From the NCBI GenBank assembly GCA_963727445.1, contig CAVSGI010000020.1:352001-416000 (forward strand): a stretch of DNA of 64,000 nucleotides, given 5' to 3'. Below, piece by piece: positions 39,000 through 48,643 of this stretch (the stretch's first letter is position 1; each line of letters begins with the position of its first letter). The notes under the pieces are model-generated. The model ran no database searches and had not been told where the DNA came from. It saw only the letters and a list, made by a program, of their open reading frames with translations. A program made the translations under genes and the position numbers. The DNA is from an uncultured delta proteobacterium. Its GTDB lineage: Bacteria; Myxococcota_A; Polyangia; Polyangiales; B10-G4.

Positions 39000-39791
39000 T
39001 CACGGCGCGACGGTGAGCACGAAGCGGCGCTCGATGATCGCGTCACCGCGCTGCGCCACCACGTTCACCACGTGATCGCCCACCTGCGAGACGTGGGGCG
39101 TCCAGTCGAGGATGCCCGCGGCGTCGATCGTCAGGCCGCCGGGCGCGCTGGTGGTGGAGTAATCGACGGTGCCGACGCCAGGGATCCGCGCGTGCGCGTC
39201 CCAGCGCCACGGCACGTCGACCCGCGCCGTCAGCATCGGCTCGGTCTCGAAATCGGCGCCGGCAAGGATTTCGAAATCAGCCACGCCGTACTCCGCGCCT
39301 CCGTCGTGAGTGGCGAGCACCGCGATGCGCACGGCGCTCGCGACCCGCGGCGTCAGCTCGACATCCTCGTAGAAGGGCCCCATGTCGACCACCGCTTCCC
39401 CCGCGAGGGCGTCACAGCCCGCGTCGTCACCCAGGAAGACCTGGTAACGAGAGATGGCGCCGCCGCTCGCCGCGGGGTGATGTCGCACGCCGCGGACGTC
39501 GATCGGCTCGCTCAAAGAGAGGAGCACGTCCTCGGGAAGCGTCCCGCGGTGCTCGGTGCCGAGGTCGCCGTCCGCCGCCTCCGGCGGGCTCGCGACCCAC
39601 AGGCTCGGGTCGAGCAGGACCGTGAGTGTATCGTCGGGCAGCGGGTGGGACGCGTCCCATGCCGCCAGCTGCGCGTCACAGGCCTCGCTCGGGCCCGAGT
39701 CCCCAGGAGGGAGCGTCGTTGGCTCCCCGCAGCCGATCACGACGAGCACGACGAGATGGAGCGACGAGGACGGGCGCACCGGTGCCTGCAC
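39000..39791 (-). CDS. Hypothetical lipoprotein with beta-sandwich and C-terminal Ig (He_PIG-like) domain
   Basis: Lipobox VIGCG; 'APGGLTIDAAGILDWTP...F.LTV'. Confidence 0.65.
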   Translation of the reverse strand: MQAPVRPSSSLHLVVLVVIGCGEPTTLPPGDSGPSEACDAQLAAWDASHPLPDDTLTVLLDPSLWVASPPEAADGDLGTEHRGTLPEDVLLSLSEPIDVRGVRHHPAASGGAISRYQVFLGDDAGCDALAGEAVVDMGPFYEDVELTPRVASAVRIAVLATHDGGAEYGVADFEILAGADFETEPMLTARVDVPWRWDAHARIPGVGTVDYSTTSAPGGLTIDAAGILDWTPHVSQVGDHVVNVVAQRGDAIIERRFVLTVAP

Positions 39792-39827
39792 TACCCGAGA
39801 GTATGCCCTACCTCTACACTGCCGCCG

Positions 39828-41303
39828 ATGGCCGATTCCGAGAGCAAAGAGAACCGGCGCCTGATGACGGTGCTATTGGGGCTGCTTTCGATCCCCCTCG
39901 TTCTCTTCACCGTCACGCTCATCGCGGGCGCGCTCAGCCCGCGCGAACATACCGTCAGCGAAAGCGCGCCCATCGATGCGTCGCCCGAGCAGGTCTACCA
40001 GGCGATCTCCGACATTGGCTTCTACCCCGAGTGGCGGAGAGACCTCGAAGGGGTCGAGGTGCTGGACCGCGGAGAGCATCCGCGCTGGCGTGAGCGCGCC
40101 GACGGTCAGGAGACCACCTACGAAGTGGTCGAGTCCGAGCCTCCCGCGCGCCTCGTCACTCGCATCGCCGACGAGGAGCTGCCCTGGGGCGGCACCTGGA
40201 CCTACACCCTCTCCCCCGAGGGCAGCGGGACCGAGATCACCATCCGCGAAGATGGCTGGGTCGACAACCTGGTGTTCCGCGGCATCGCGCGCTTCGTCTT
40301 CGGATACGAAAGGACGATTCGGGAGTATCTGGAGGATCTCTCGGAGTACGCTCCGTCGGTGACCGTCCCTCCGCCTGCCCCGGAACCCGAAGGTCGCGAA
40401 ATCGACCTTCAGGGCCATCGCGGCGCCCGCGGGCTCGCGCCCGAGAACACGCTCGCCGGCTTCCGCCGTGCGCTCGCGGTCGGCGTCACCACCCTCGAGA
40501 TGGATCTCGCCCTCACCGCCGACGGCGTCGTCGTCGTTCATCACGACGAGCGTTTGAACCCCGACACCACCCGCGACGCGGACGGCGCCTTCATCGACCC
40601 CTCCCGCTCGGTGCCGATCCGATCGCTGACCTACGAGCAGCTCTCGGTTTTCGACGTGGGCCGCCTGAGGCCGGGCTCCGAATACGCTGCGCGCTTCGTC
40701 GATCAGGAGCCCGTCGACGGTGAGCACATCCCGACCCTCGCCGAGGTGTTGGCCCTGGCGGAAGAGGTGAGCGGCGGGACCATCCGCTACAACCTCGAGA
40801 TCAAGCGCACGCCCACGTCGCCCGAAGACACCGCGGAGCCGGCGACCTTCGTTCAGGCCGTCCTCGAGGTCGTCCGCGGCGCGGGCACCACGGATCGCAC
40901 CACCTTCCAGTCCTTCGACTTCGCCTGCATCGACGCGCTCTTTGCCGTCGATGACGGGCTCGAGCTCGCGTGTCTGACGAGCCTCGAGGTGGACGATCCG
41001 CTGCCGTGGCTCGGCGGTCGCAACCTCGACGACTTCGAGGGGTCGCTGGTCCGCCTGGTCGGGAGCGTCCCCTGCCAGACGTGGTCGCCGCGCTTCGCGG
41101 ACCTCGACGCGACGCTGGTCCGCGAGGCGCACGACTTCCACCTGCGTGTGGTCCCCTGGACCATCAACGAGCCGGAGGCGATCGCGCAGGCGTACGACAT
41201 GGGGGTCGACGGGATCATCTCGGACCGCCCCGAGCGGGTGCGGGACTTCCTCCTGACGCGCTCGGCCCCGCTTCCGCCCTCGCTCAGCGCAGCGTCACGT
41301 TGA
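39828..41303 (+). CDS. SRPBCC domain fused to glycerophosphodiester phosphodiesterase
   Basis: TM; IDASPEQVY...W...GGTWTY (SRPBCC); QGHRGARGLAPENT, LEMD, HHD, NLEIK, QSFD, WTIN, GVDGIISDRP (GDPD). Confidence 0.85.
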   Translation: MADSESKENRRLMTVLLGLLSIPLVLFTVTLIAGALSPREHTVSESAPIDASPEQVYQAISDIGFYPEWRRDLEGVEVLDRGEHPRWRERADGQETTYEVVESEPPARLVTRIADEELPWGGTWTYTLSPEGSGTEITIREDGWVDNLVFRGIARFVFGYERTIREYLEDLSEYAPSVTVPPPAPEPEGREIDLQGHRGARGLAPENTLAGFRRALAVGVTTLEMDLALTADGVVVVHHDERLNPDTTRDADGAFIDPSRSVPIRSLTYEQLSVFDVGRLRPGSEYAARFVDQEPVDGEHIPTLAEVLALAEEVSGGTIRYNLEIKRTPTSPEDTAEPATFVQAVLEVVRGAGTTDRTTFQSFDFACIDALFAVDDGLELACLTSLEVDDPLPWLGGRNLDDFEGSLVRLVGSVPCQTWSPRFADLDATLVREAHDFHLRVVPWTINEPEAIAQAYDMGVDGIISDRPERVRDFLLTRSAPLPPSLSAASR

Positions 41304-42732
41304 GCATCAGCGGCGCGTTCTGTGGCGCGCTCGCCCCAGCCGGCTCGAGCCGTCCACGGGTGGCCTCGCGTACGTCGGGGACGATCGTCAGCGCCCAGGG
41401 CGTCCCGCCCTCGGGGGCGCGGCCCAGAGCGACCAGATCGGTCTTGCCGTCACCGTCGACGTCCGCGAGCGCGTAGTCGTGAATCGGGGCGCCTTCAATC
41501 GTGAGCAGCGTCTGGAGGGTGAAGCCGAGGTCGTCGCCCTGCTGTAGCCAGACGACGTTCTGCCCGTCGATCCCCACGATGTCGCGCTTGCGATCCCCGT
41601 CGACGTCACGGAGCGAGATCCCGCGCAGGCCCGCGGGTGCTCCTTCGATGGCGCGCGGGCTCAGGGACTCGGGAGGACCGGCGACGACCAGGAAGAGTCC
41701 AGTCGCGGCGACGAGCACGTCCTCGCCTCCGTCACCGTCTACGTCTCCGGACACCACCTCGCGGGCCCCCGGCGTCTCGATCTCGGCGGTGCGCGGGAAG
41801 TGGGCCGTGCCATCGCCAAAGTGGATGCGTACCTGATCGGCGCCAGCGGCGGTGACCACCGCGTCCTGCTCGCCATCGCGATCGAGGTCAGCCACCGTGA
41901 CGTCCACGTCCCCGAGCCCCGCGCGCAGGACCGAGGCACGCGCGGGGGCCGGACCGCCGGTGAACACCCAGACCTCGCTCGGCCGCCGCGCGAGGTCGCT
42001 CCCACGGTTCGTGGCCAGGATCTCCATGCCGGGATGGCCGTCGAGCTGCGCCAGCACCGCTCGGTCCGCGGCGATGGGCGCCAGCAGAATGGGCGCCTCG
42101 AAGGCGCCCATCGCGCTTCGACGCAAGAGGTGGAGCGCGCCCCCACGCACGTCCCCCTCGCTGGTGAGGCCACGGAAGGGCAGCACCAGATCGCCGAGCC
42201 CGTCCCCATCGACGTCCATGTCCGCCGGTTTGCCGGCGGCGAGGCGCACCTGCGCCGACGGCGACGCAGCGCCTGCCGCATCGAAGGTCGCGACCAGGAG
42301 AGGAGAGGGCTCCGGCTCCTCGTCGAAAGCGAAGACGTGCACCTTGGGCCCGCAGCCGAGCGCGACCTCGGGGCGGGGATCTCCGACGACCTCGAGCGCT
42401 GCGAGGCTCACGTCGGTGGTGTCCACCGTACAGACGGCGTAGGTAGGCGGCGGCTCCGCGGGCGCTTCGTTGTCTCCCTCGGTCTCCGCGCTCTCGCCCT
42501 CCGCCGCGACCTCGGCGCTCTGCGCCGCGCCATCGACGCCGGCGTCGGCCGCGTCCTCGTCCTCACCCTCGCGCGTCGCGCGCTCTTCCTCTTCCGAACC
42601 GTCCCCGTTTGCGGTTACCTCGTGCGGCGCGCCCGTGGGGATCACACCCGCAGCGAAGGCGATGCCGGCGAGAATCGCCCAGATCGCGAGGAGAACACCG
42701 AACGCGCGGAGCGCCATCAGGGTCTGCTTCAC
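41284..42732 (-). CDS. FG-GAP/VCBS-repeat membrane-anchored protein
   Basis: Repeated DVDGDG/DLDRDG motifs; N-terminal TM. Confidence 0.85.
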   Translation of the reverse strand: MKQTLMALRAFGVLLAIWAILAGIAFAAGVIPTGAPHEVTANGDGSEEEERATREGEDEDAADAGVDGAAQSAEVAAEGESAETEGDNEAPAEPPPTYAVCTVDTTDVSLAALEVVGDPRPEVALGCGPKVHVFAFDEEPEPSPLLVATFDAAGAASPSAQVRLAAGKPADMDVDGDGLGDLVLPFRGLTSEGDVRGGALHLLRRSAMGAFEAPILLAPIAADRAVLAQLDGHPGMEILATNRGSDLARRPSEVWVFTGGPAPARASVLRAGLGDVDVTVADLDRDGEQDAVVTAAGADQVRIHFGDGTAHFPRTAEIETPGAREVVSGDVDGDGGEDVLVAATGLFLVVAGPPESLSPRAIEGAPAGLRGISLRDVDGDRKRDIVGIDGQNVVWLQQGDDLGFTLQTLLTIEGAPIHDYALADVDGDGKTDLVALGRAPEGGTPWALTIVPDVREATRGRLEPAGASAPQNAPLMLNVTLR

Positions 42733-42784
42733 GGCCCGGACGATACACCGGAGTCGCGTCGATTGCAGCGCGTGTGTGAAGCTC

Positions 42785-44773
42785 ATGGGCATGTGCCCGC
42801 GCACGGTCAGCGTCCCGCCCGATCTCAGAGAGGTATTCCGGGCGGCCGAGAAGAGCGTCGCGCTTTACTTCGACGAGCGACGCAGGGATCCGGAGCGCGG
42901 GCAGATCGAGATTCAGGGCGAGCGCTACGTTCTGATTCGCGCCCCGTCGCTTTCGGTGGAGTTCTTCGACCTCTGCCGGGATCTCTACGGGGAAGGCCGG
43001 CACGAAGAGGCCGACGACTTCGCGCGAAACATCCTCTTCGATCTGGCGCATGCGGTCGGTCGCGCCGACGCGCAGCGATTCCACTCGCGCATGGGCCTAC
43101 ACGCGCCCTTGGAGAAGCTCGCCGCCGGGCCGGTCCATTTCGCTCACGCTGGCTGGGCGCGCGTCGAGATCAAGCCCGAATCGAAGCCCGCCGCCGATGA
43201 GAGCTTCTACCTGCTGTACGACCATTCCTACTCCTTCGAAGCGGATGCCTGGCTCCAGGTGGGGCGCGAGACGTCGATCCCGGTCTGCATCATGAACGCC
43301 GGCTACTCCTCCGGCTGGTGCGAGCAGAGCTTCGACGTGCCGCTCGTGGCCTCCGAGGTGCTGTGTCGCGCGCGGGGCGACGATGCGTGCAGATTCGTGA
43401 TGAGTCACCCGGCACACATCGAGTCCCACGTGGAGCGCTTCGCCGAGAGCAGCGATCCGAGCCCCACCGGGCGGAGGGACATACGCATCCCCGACTTCTT
43501 CCATCGCAAACGCGTCGAAGAAGAGCTCCGCCTCGCGCGTCACGAGCTCGAGCTCCGGGTAGAGGAGCGAACCCGGGAGCTTTCCAAGGCGAACGCCAAG
43601 CTTCGCGAAGAGATCAGGCAGCGCGAGAACACCGAGCGCAGGCTACTGGTGTCGGCAAAGCTCGAAGCCCTCGGCAAGCTCGCGGGCGGGATCGCGCACG
43701 ACTTCAACAACCTCATGAGCGTCGTCATCGGGCACGCGTCGATGTTGGAGACGAAGCTCGAGGGCACCCCCGCGGCGCAGGCGGCGCAGATCCGCCTCGC
43801 CGGCGAGCAGGCGGCGGCGCTCACTCAGCAGCTCCTCGCCTTCAGCGCCGCGCGCGTGGTCACGCAGGAGCCCATCGCCCTCGACCCCGCCGTGTCGGAG
43901 GTCGCGCACCTGATCGATCGCCTCCTCGGCGACGACATCTCTCTGGACCTCGACCTGACGTCGGGCAGCGAAGAGGTGGTCTCCGATCGAAGCCAGCTCA
44001 CCCAGGTCATCATGAATCTCGCCATCAACGCGCGTGACGCGATGCCCGATGGAGGCATCCTCCGCATCGGGACGCAAGTGGTCGAGACGCCGGCCGATGG
44101 CCACGACGCACCCGCCGGTCGTTGGGGGATGTTGGAGGTCGAGGACTCGGGGATCGGGATGGACGAGGACACGCGGGCGCGGGCGTTCGACCCCTTCTTC
44201 ACCACCAAGTCGGCCGGTCGCGGCACGGGGCTCGGATTGCCGACGGTGGCGTCAATCGTCGAGCGCGGCCGCGGACACCTCGACCTCCACACGCAGTCCG
44301 GGGTGGGAACACGGGTGCGCGTCTACCTGCCGCTCTGCGAGACGCACGACGGCCAAAAGGCGGCCGTTCCCCCACCCACGCCGCTGCCGAGAGGCGAGGA
44401 GACGATCCTGGTGGTGGAGGACCAGGCCGGTGTGCGTCAGATGGTCGTCCAACTCCTCGAGACGCTCGGCTACCGCGTGGTCGCGGCAGCCAGCCCGCCG
44501 GAGGCGCTCCGCCTCGCCGAGGAGCACGAGGGAAGGTTCGCGCTCCTGCTCACCGACGTGGTCATGCCCTCCATGAGTGGGCGGCAGCTCGCCGACCGCC
44601 TGCAGCGCAAGCTGGGTGTGCTGCCGGTGCTCTACGTGTCGGGCTACGCCGACGACGAGGTGCTCCGCTACGGCGTCGCGCAGGGAACGGCGGACCTGCT
44701 CCAGAAGCCGTTCACGCCGAATCAGCTCGCGGAACGCGTGCGCGAGATCATCGAGAGGTTCCGGAAGCGCTGA
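42785..44773 (+). CDS. Hybrid sensor histidine kinase with XylR-N/V4R sensor domain
   Basis: HFAHAGW, CIMNAGYSSGW, EVLCRARGDDACRF; AHDFNN, NLAINARDA, DSGIG, GTGLGL; receiver VEDQ/TDVVMP/QKPF. Confidence 0.93.
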   Translation: MGMCPRTVSVPPDLREVFRAAEKSVALYFDERRRDPERGQIEIQGERYVLIRAPSLSVEFFDLCRDLYGEGRHEEADDFARNILFDLAHAVGRADAQRFHSRMGLHAPLEKLAAGPVHFAHAGWARVEIKPESKPAADESFYLLYDHSYSFEADAWLQVGRETSIPVCIMNAGYSSGWCEQSFDVPLVASEVLCRARGDDACRFVMSHPAHIESHVERFAESSDPSPTGRRDIRIPDFFHRKRVEEELRLARHELELRVEERTRELSKANAKLREEIRQRENTERRLLVSAKLEALGKLAGGIAHDFNNLMSVVIGHASMLETKLEGTPAAQAAQIRLAGEQAAALTQQLLAFSAARVVTQEPIALDPAVSEVAHLIDRLLGDDISLDLDLTSGSEEVVSDRSQLTQVIMNLAINARDAMPDGGILRIGTQVVETPADGHDAPAGRWGMLEVEDSGIGMDEDTRARAFDPFFTTKSAGRGTGLGLPTVASIVERGRGHLDLHTQSGVGTRVRVYLPLCETHDGQKAAVPPPTPLPRGEETILVVEDQAGVRQMVVQLLETLGYRVVAAASPPEALRLAEEHEGRFALLLTDVVMPSMSGRQLADRLQRKLGVLPVLYVSGYADDEVLRYGVAQGTADLLQKPFTPNQLAERVREIIERFRKR

Positions 44774-46139
44774 AGGTTGCGCGCGGCGAGGCGACGATCG
44801 TCAGGTTGCGCGGGCTCTCGTCGTCTCGCCACGCCGTGACGATACGCGCCTCGTAGCCTGCGTCTTCCAGCGCGGACGCGCGGTCGGCTACCACCGCGAC
44901 CTCGAGCGCGCGGGCGAGCATGGCGCGGGGGAGGCTCAGGCGCCGAATGATCGAGAACTCGCGTCGCGCGCGCGCATTGATCGCGTCGATCTCGTGCGCG
45001 GAGGCCGGCGCCAGCGCCCGCCGCGCCAGCGCCAGCGGCGCCACCTCGGCCAGACCGCGGTTCATCCGGCGCCGGTTGATGCCGTGGGATTCTTCGCCCG
45101 GAGCGCAGGGAACGCCGCGGCCTTGGAGCAGGAGGCGGAGCGCGTAGCGCGTCTCGCGGCTCGCCATGATCCCTTCCATCGACGTCTCCACGCCGACCGG
45201 CCGGATGCTCACGTTCGCGAGCCCGAGGAGGGCTCGCCGCGCCACGAAGCCGCGCTCGTTCGCGAGGCGAGACAGGGGCTGGCGCGCTTCGCCGCCGATC
45301 TTCTGCAGGCAGCAAGAGACGAGGAGGAGATCGGCGCCCGCGCCGGCGGCCCCCCGAACGATGGCGTCGCCGAGGTCGCCGCAGGCGTGCAGGCCGACCA
45401 CCAGGTCGCCGTCGCGAATGGGCAACTGGCTGCGCGCATCGACGCGTTCGAAAGAGGTCGCGCTCTTGGAGCACATCTCAAAAATGCTCCTGTCGCCCCG
45501 CTTGCGGGGCGCAGCCGGCTGCCGCCATCCCCTCGCCTCGAAAATGCACGGCATTTCCTCAGCTCGCGGACGCGGCAGCCGACCACGCCGCGCGGCGCGA
45601 TGCTCGGTCGCAATTTTGAGATGTGCTCTGGTCAGCGCGCGCGCCTTTTCAACCCGGTCCGCTTCGATCTCGAGCCCGACCGCCGGACAATCGAGATCGT
45701 CGGCGAGGACCCGCGTCAGGTGGCCGAGGCCGGCGCCGACGTCCACCACGCGCCGCGGCGCGCCGAGGAGCCTCTGCGCCAAGCTGGAGAGCGACTCCAC
45801 CTGCGCACGCTTGCGCTCCGAGACGCGCCGGATCGTCCGAAGTCGATCACTCGCGCGGGAGGCGTCGGTGACCCGGGTGAGCGCGTCGACGCGCTCGGCG
45901 AGCGTCGCCAGCGAAGGCGGCGCTTCGGGGCTCGTGGTGAGGACCTCCGCGAGGCCGTGCGACTCCGCGCGCCGAAGCTGGTCGTCGTCGATGGAGCGGA
46001 GGTAGCCCTCCCACCCGCGCGCGAGACACCACGCCGGCGCCTCGGGGTGATGCACCCGCTTCGCGAGGATGTCCCCGGTCTCCTCGAGGAGGTCGAGCAG
46101 GCGATCCAGCCGAGCGGTCTCTTCAGCCTTTGCCGTCAT
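44748..46139 (-). CDS. SAM-dependent methyltransferase (Methyltransf_32/METTL25-like) carrying an in-frame 54-aa insertion
   Basis: RKRAQV, VVDVGAGLGHL, GLHACGDLG, VSCC, SPRN. Confidence 0.85.
   Translation of the reverse strand: MTAKAEETARLDRLLDLLEETGDILAKRVHHPEAPAWCLARGWEGYLRSIDDDQLRRAESHGLAEVLTTSPEAPPSLATLAERVDALTRVTDASRASDRLRTIRRVSERKRAQVESLSSLAQRLLGAPRRVVDVGAGLGHLTRVLADDLDCPAVGLEIEADRVEKARALTRAHLKIATEHRAARRGRLPRPRAEEMPCIFEARGWRQPAAPRKRGDRSIFEMCSKSATSFERVDARSQLPIRDGDLVVGLHACGDLGDAIVRGAAGAGADLLLVSCCLQKIGGEARQPLSRLANERGFVARRALLGLANVSIRPVGVETSMEGIMASRETRYALRLLLQGRGVPCAPGEESHGINRRRMNRGLAEVAPLALARRALAPASAHEIDAINARARREFSIIRRLSLPRAMLARALEVAVVADRASALEDAGYEARIVTAWRDDESPRNLTIVASPRATFSASGTSR
45469..45628. 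mobile_element. 160-bp palindromic MITE-like element
   Basis: 19-bp TIRs GAGCACATCTCAAAAATGC / GCAATTTTGAGATGTGCTC (18/19 match), flanked by TG on both sides, nested internal hairpins. Confidence 0.85.
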
Positions 46140-46983
46140 CCAGGGAGGAGAGGAAGGTAGCGAGCCGCCGCGACAGCGCGGCCGGGCGGTCGAGGAAGGG
46201 GCTGTGTCCCATGCCCGAGAGCTCCTCGATTTGCGCGTGGGGTGGAAGGCTCTCCTTCCAGAAGTCCAGGTGTCTCGTCGGCAGGATCCGGTCGGCTTCG
46301 CCCCAGACGAGGAGGATGGGGATGGAGAGCGCGCGGAGAGCCTCCGGATCGAAGCCGTGAGCGTCGAGATCCGCCGCCTCGAGCAGCTCCCGAAAGTGGG
46401 CGCGCGAGAGCTTTCTGCGAACGCCCCAGGCGAAGAAATGTCGCAGCGGTCCCGGGCGTGCGAGGAGGCGATCGATGAAGTCGAGCGCCTTTTCGTGATC
46501 GCTCAGGTCGAAGACCGCGCGGATCTCGTCGAGGTCGTCGGGGCCGGTGCGCGCACCGGCAGGCGATGCGAGGAGGAGCGCCCGCACGCGCTCCGGGCGC
46601 TCGAGGGCGTAGCGAACCGCGGTGTACCCGCCGAGGGAGTTGCCGAAGACCGCGACCGGCTCACTGATGATCGAGTCGAGCGCCTCGAAGACCGCCATCA
46701 GGAGGCTTTCGGGATCGTAGCCCGAGCGCGGGTGGTCGCTGAAGCCGTGGGCCGGCAGGTCCACCGCGATCAGTCGGCGCACGTTGGGCGTCATTCGATT
46801 GAGCAGGGGCCTCAGGAACACACCCGCCGATCCCAACCCGTGGATCATCACCAGCGTCGGCCCGTCGCCGCTGCACCACCGTTCCATCAGGTGGATCTCG
46901 CCTTCGGCCGTCGGGATGCGACGGCTGGAGAAGCCTCGGAGGCGAAGAGACGCGCGCGCGAAATGCTCAGCCGGGTCTGCCAT
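46123..46983 (-). CDS. Alpha/beta hydrolase
   Basis: IHGLG, DLPAHGFS, GNSLGG, WGEADRI, GHSP. Confidence 0.9.
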   Translation of the reverse strand: MADPAEHFARASLRLRGFSSRRIPTAEGEIHLMERWCSGDGPTLVMIHGLGSAGVFLRPLLNRMTPNVRRLIAVDLPAHGFSDHPRSGYDPESLLMAVFEALDSIISEPVAVFGNSLGGYTAVRYALERPERVRALLLASPAGARTGPDDLDEIRAVFDLSDHEKALDFIDRLLARPGPLRHFFAWGVRRKLSRAHFRELLEAADLDAHGFDPEALRALSIPILLVWGEADRILPTRHLDFWKESLPPHAQIEELSGMGHSPFLDRPAALSRRLATFLSSLDDGKG

Positions 46984-46997
46984 CTACCCCATCTCGA

Positions 46998-48200
46998 CTA
47001 CAGGTCTTCGAAGAGAGAGATGCGCTCGGCGCTCTCGTGGGTCGGTGCGTCATCGGCGGGGCGAACAGTCACGGCACCGTAGAGCCCGTAGGTGTGCCCC
47101 TTGTCGCTGCCGCGGCGTCCGGCGTCGAGGCGACAGCGGAAGCCGCCGACGTTGATCACGTGCTCGCTGGCGACGGGGGGGACGCGCCCATCGATGAACC
47201 CCACGGCGAAGGTCCCCACCAGACGCCGGGCCGATGCCGCGTCCGACCATTCGGCGAGCTCGATCTCCACCTCGGGCAGCTTCAGTTGGCAGAGGCCCCG
47301 CGTGGCCGCCCAGCCATCCTTCGCGATCAACCGAATGTATGCGCTGGCGAGGCCGCGCCCCTTGGCGCTCACGGCCAGCGCCTTGCGCAGGTCCGTCACC
47401 TTCACCAGCTTCTCCGCCCGCTGAACGTAGACCCACTCGCAGTCGACCTGGGCCGCGAGCTCTCCGGCGGCGCGGCCGAGCCACTGGAGGGCTTCGGCGC
47501 GCTCGCCCCGCTCCTCGGGTGGCGACATCGCGATCTCCAGGACGCATGCCGCCTCGGGGAGGCGCAGGGAGGGACGCGAAAGCCTCTCGCGGATCGGTTC
47601 CCAGGGCAGCGGACCGCGCACGCGGCCGAGCCACTCGCGCTCCGGATGTCCGAGCGCACCATCGTTGCCGTCGAGGACGAGCTCGGCGGTCGCGCCGAAT
47701 CGCTGGATCCATTCTCGGCTGAAGCGGACGTCGTCGAGCTCCGGATCGGGATCGTCGGAGAGCACCAGCAAGCGCACGCTGTCGTCGTCGGCGCCGGCGA
47801 ACGCCACCACCAGATACACGCCGTCCTTCTGGCGCATGAGGGTGACCGTCGACAGCGTCTGCCCGTCGGGCATCTGGATGGTCTCGTAGACCTCCGCGTC
47901 CTCGTTCGGCAGCAGGCGCACCCCGCGCGTCTCGAGAGGTGTGGCGCGCGTCCAGAACTTCCGCATCTGGGCGACGGCCTCGGGCAGCCCCTCGGCTGCG
48001 CTGAGGTCGAGCAGGAGATCGCGCTCCCAGGGCGGCCGCGCCCCCCAGGCCATGGTGGCCCGCACCGCTTCCACGTCACCGGCCTGAAGCGACTCCCGAT
48101 GAAGGCGAAGGGCGTCGAGGATGAGCGTCTCCGAGCGAGCGGCCTTCGGGTGGGTGGAAGCGCGCTCGTCGAGCTGACGAACCGGAGGTGGCTTGGTCAT
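46998..48200 (-). CDS. Hypothetical protein (C-terminus DUF4261-like)
   Basis: 400-aa ORF; 'ATRGLCQLKLPEVEI'. Confidence 0.65.
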   Translation of the reverse strand: MTKPPPVRQLDERASTHPKAARSETLILDALRLHRESLQAGDVEAVRATMAWGARPPWERDLLLDLSAAEGLPEAVAQMRKFWTRATPLETRGVRLLPNEDAEVYETIQMPDGQTLSTVTLMRQKDGVYLVVAFAGADDDSVRLLVLSDDPDPELDDVRFSREWIQRFGATAELVLDGNDGALGHPEREWLGRVRGPLPWEPIRERLSRPSLRLPEAACVLEIAMSPPEERGERAEALQWLGRAAGELAAQVDCEWVYVQRAEKLVKVTDLRKALAVSAKGRGLASAYIRLIAKDGWAATRGLCQLKLPEVEIELAEWSDAASARRLVGTFAVGFIDGRVPPVASEHVINVGGFRCRLDAGRRGSDKGHTYGLYGAVTVRPADDAPTHESAERISLFEDL

Positions 48201-48268
48201 CCGAGGGGACAGGACAAAGGGGGGGACCCGAGAAGTGTATTCAAATCCCTCGGCCAACCCCAGTCGGA

Positions 48269-48601
48269 TCAGTGCAGGCCGGGGTTGGTGCCGGGATAGG
48301 CCATCACGATGGCCTTGGGCGGCCTTTCTATCGCGATTACGGGACCGGTCAGGACCGAGCTCTCCCCATCGAAGATGATCCTCTGGCCGGGGATCGGCAG
48401 GTTCTGGTCAGCGGTGAGGCTGCCGTTCGCCAGGAGGGTGATCGCCGCCGCGACCCGCCGCTGCATGGCGCGGTGCTGGGGTAGCCACTCGCCGCTGCGA
48501 CGATCCCGTACCCCGACGCACCGGTTCCGGCGCACGTGATACTCGGTGTTCTCCGTCACGAAGACATGGTGGATACGGCGTTCAGCTCTTCGAGAAGACA
48601 T
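48269..48601 (-). CDS. Small hypothetical protein of a type common in myxobacteria
   Basis: 'VFVTENTEYHVRRNRCVGVRDRRSG', 'LTGPVIAIERP'. Confidence 0.75.
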   Translation of the reverse strand: MSSRRAERRIHHVFVTENTEYHVRRNRCVGVRDRRSGEWLPQHRAMQRRVAAAITLLANGSLTADQNLPIPGQRIIFDGESSVLTGPVIAIERPPKAIVMAYPGTNPGLH

Positions 48602-48627
48602 CGGGGTGATCTCCGGATCAGCGCTTC

Positions 48628-48643
48628 TGCAAAGCGAATGCCC
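48628..48643 (-). promoter_or_regulatory. Putative sigma54 promoter
   Basis: GGGCAT-TCGCT-TTGCA, GG-N10-GC, 27 nt upstream of ATG 48601. Confidence 0.6.

Noticed and set aside
38700..39827. N-terminal extension of the 867-aa ORF
   Set aside because: Overlaps two minus-strand lipoprotein genes; the real start is likely 39828
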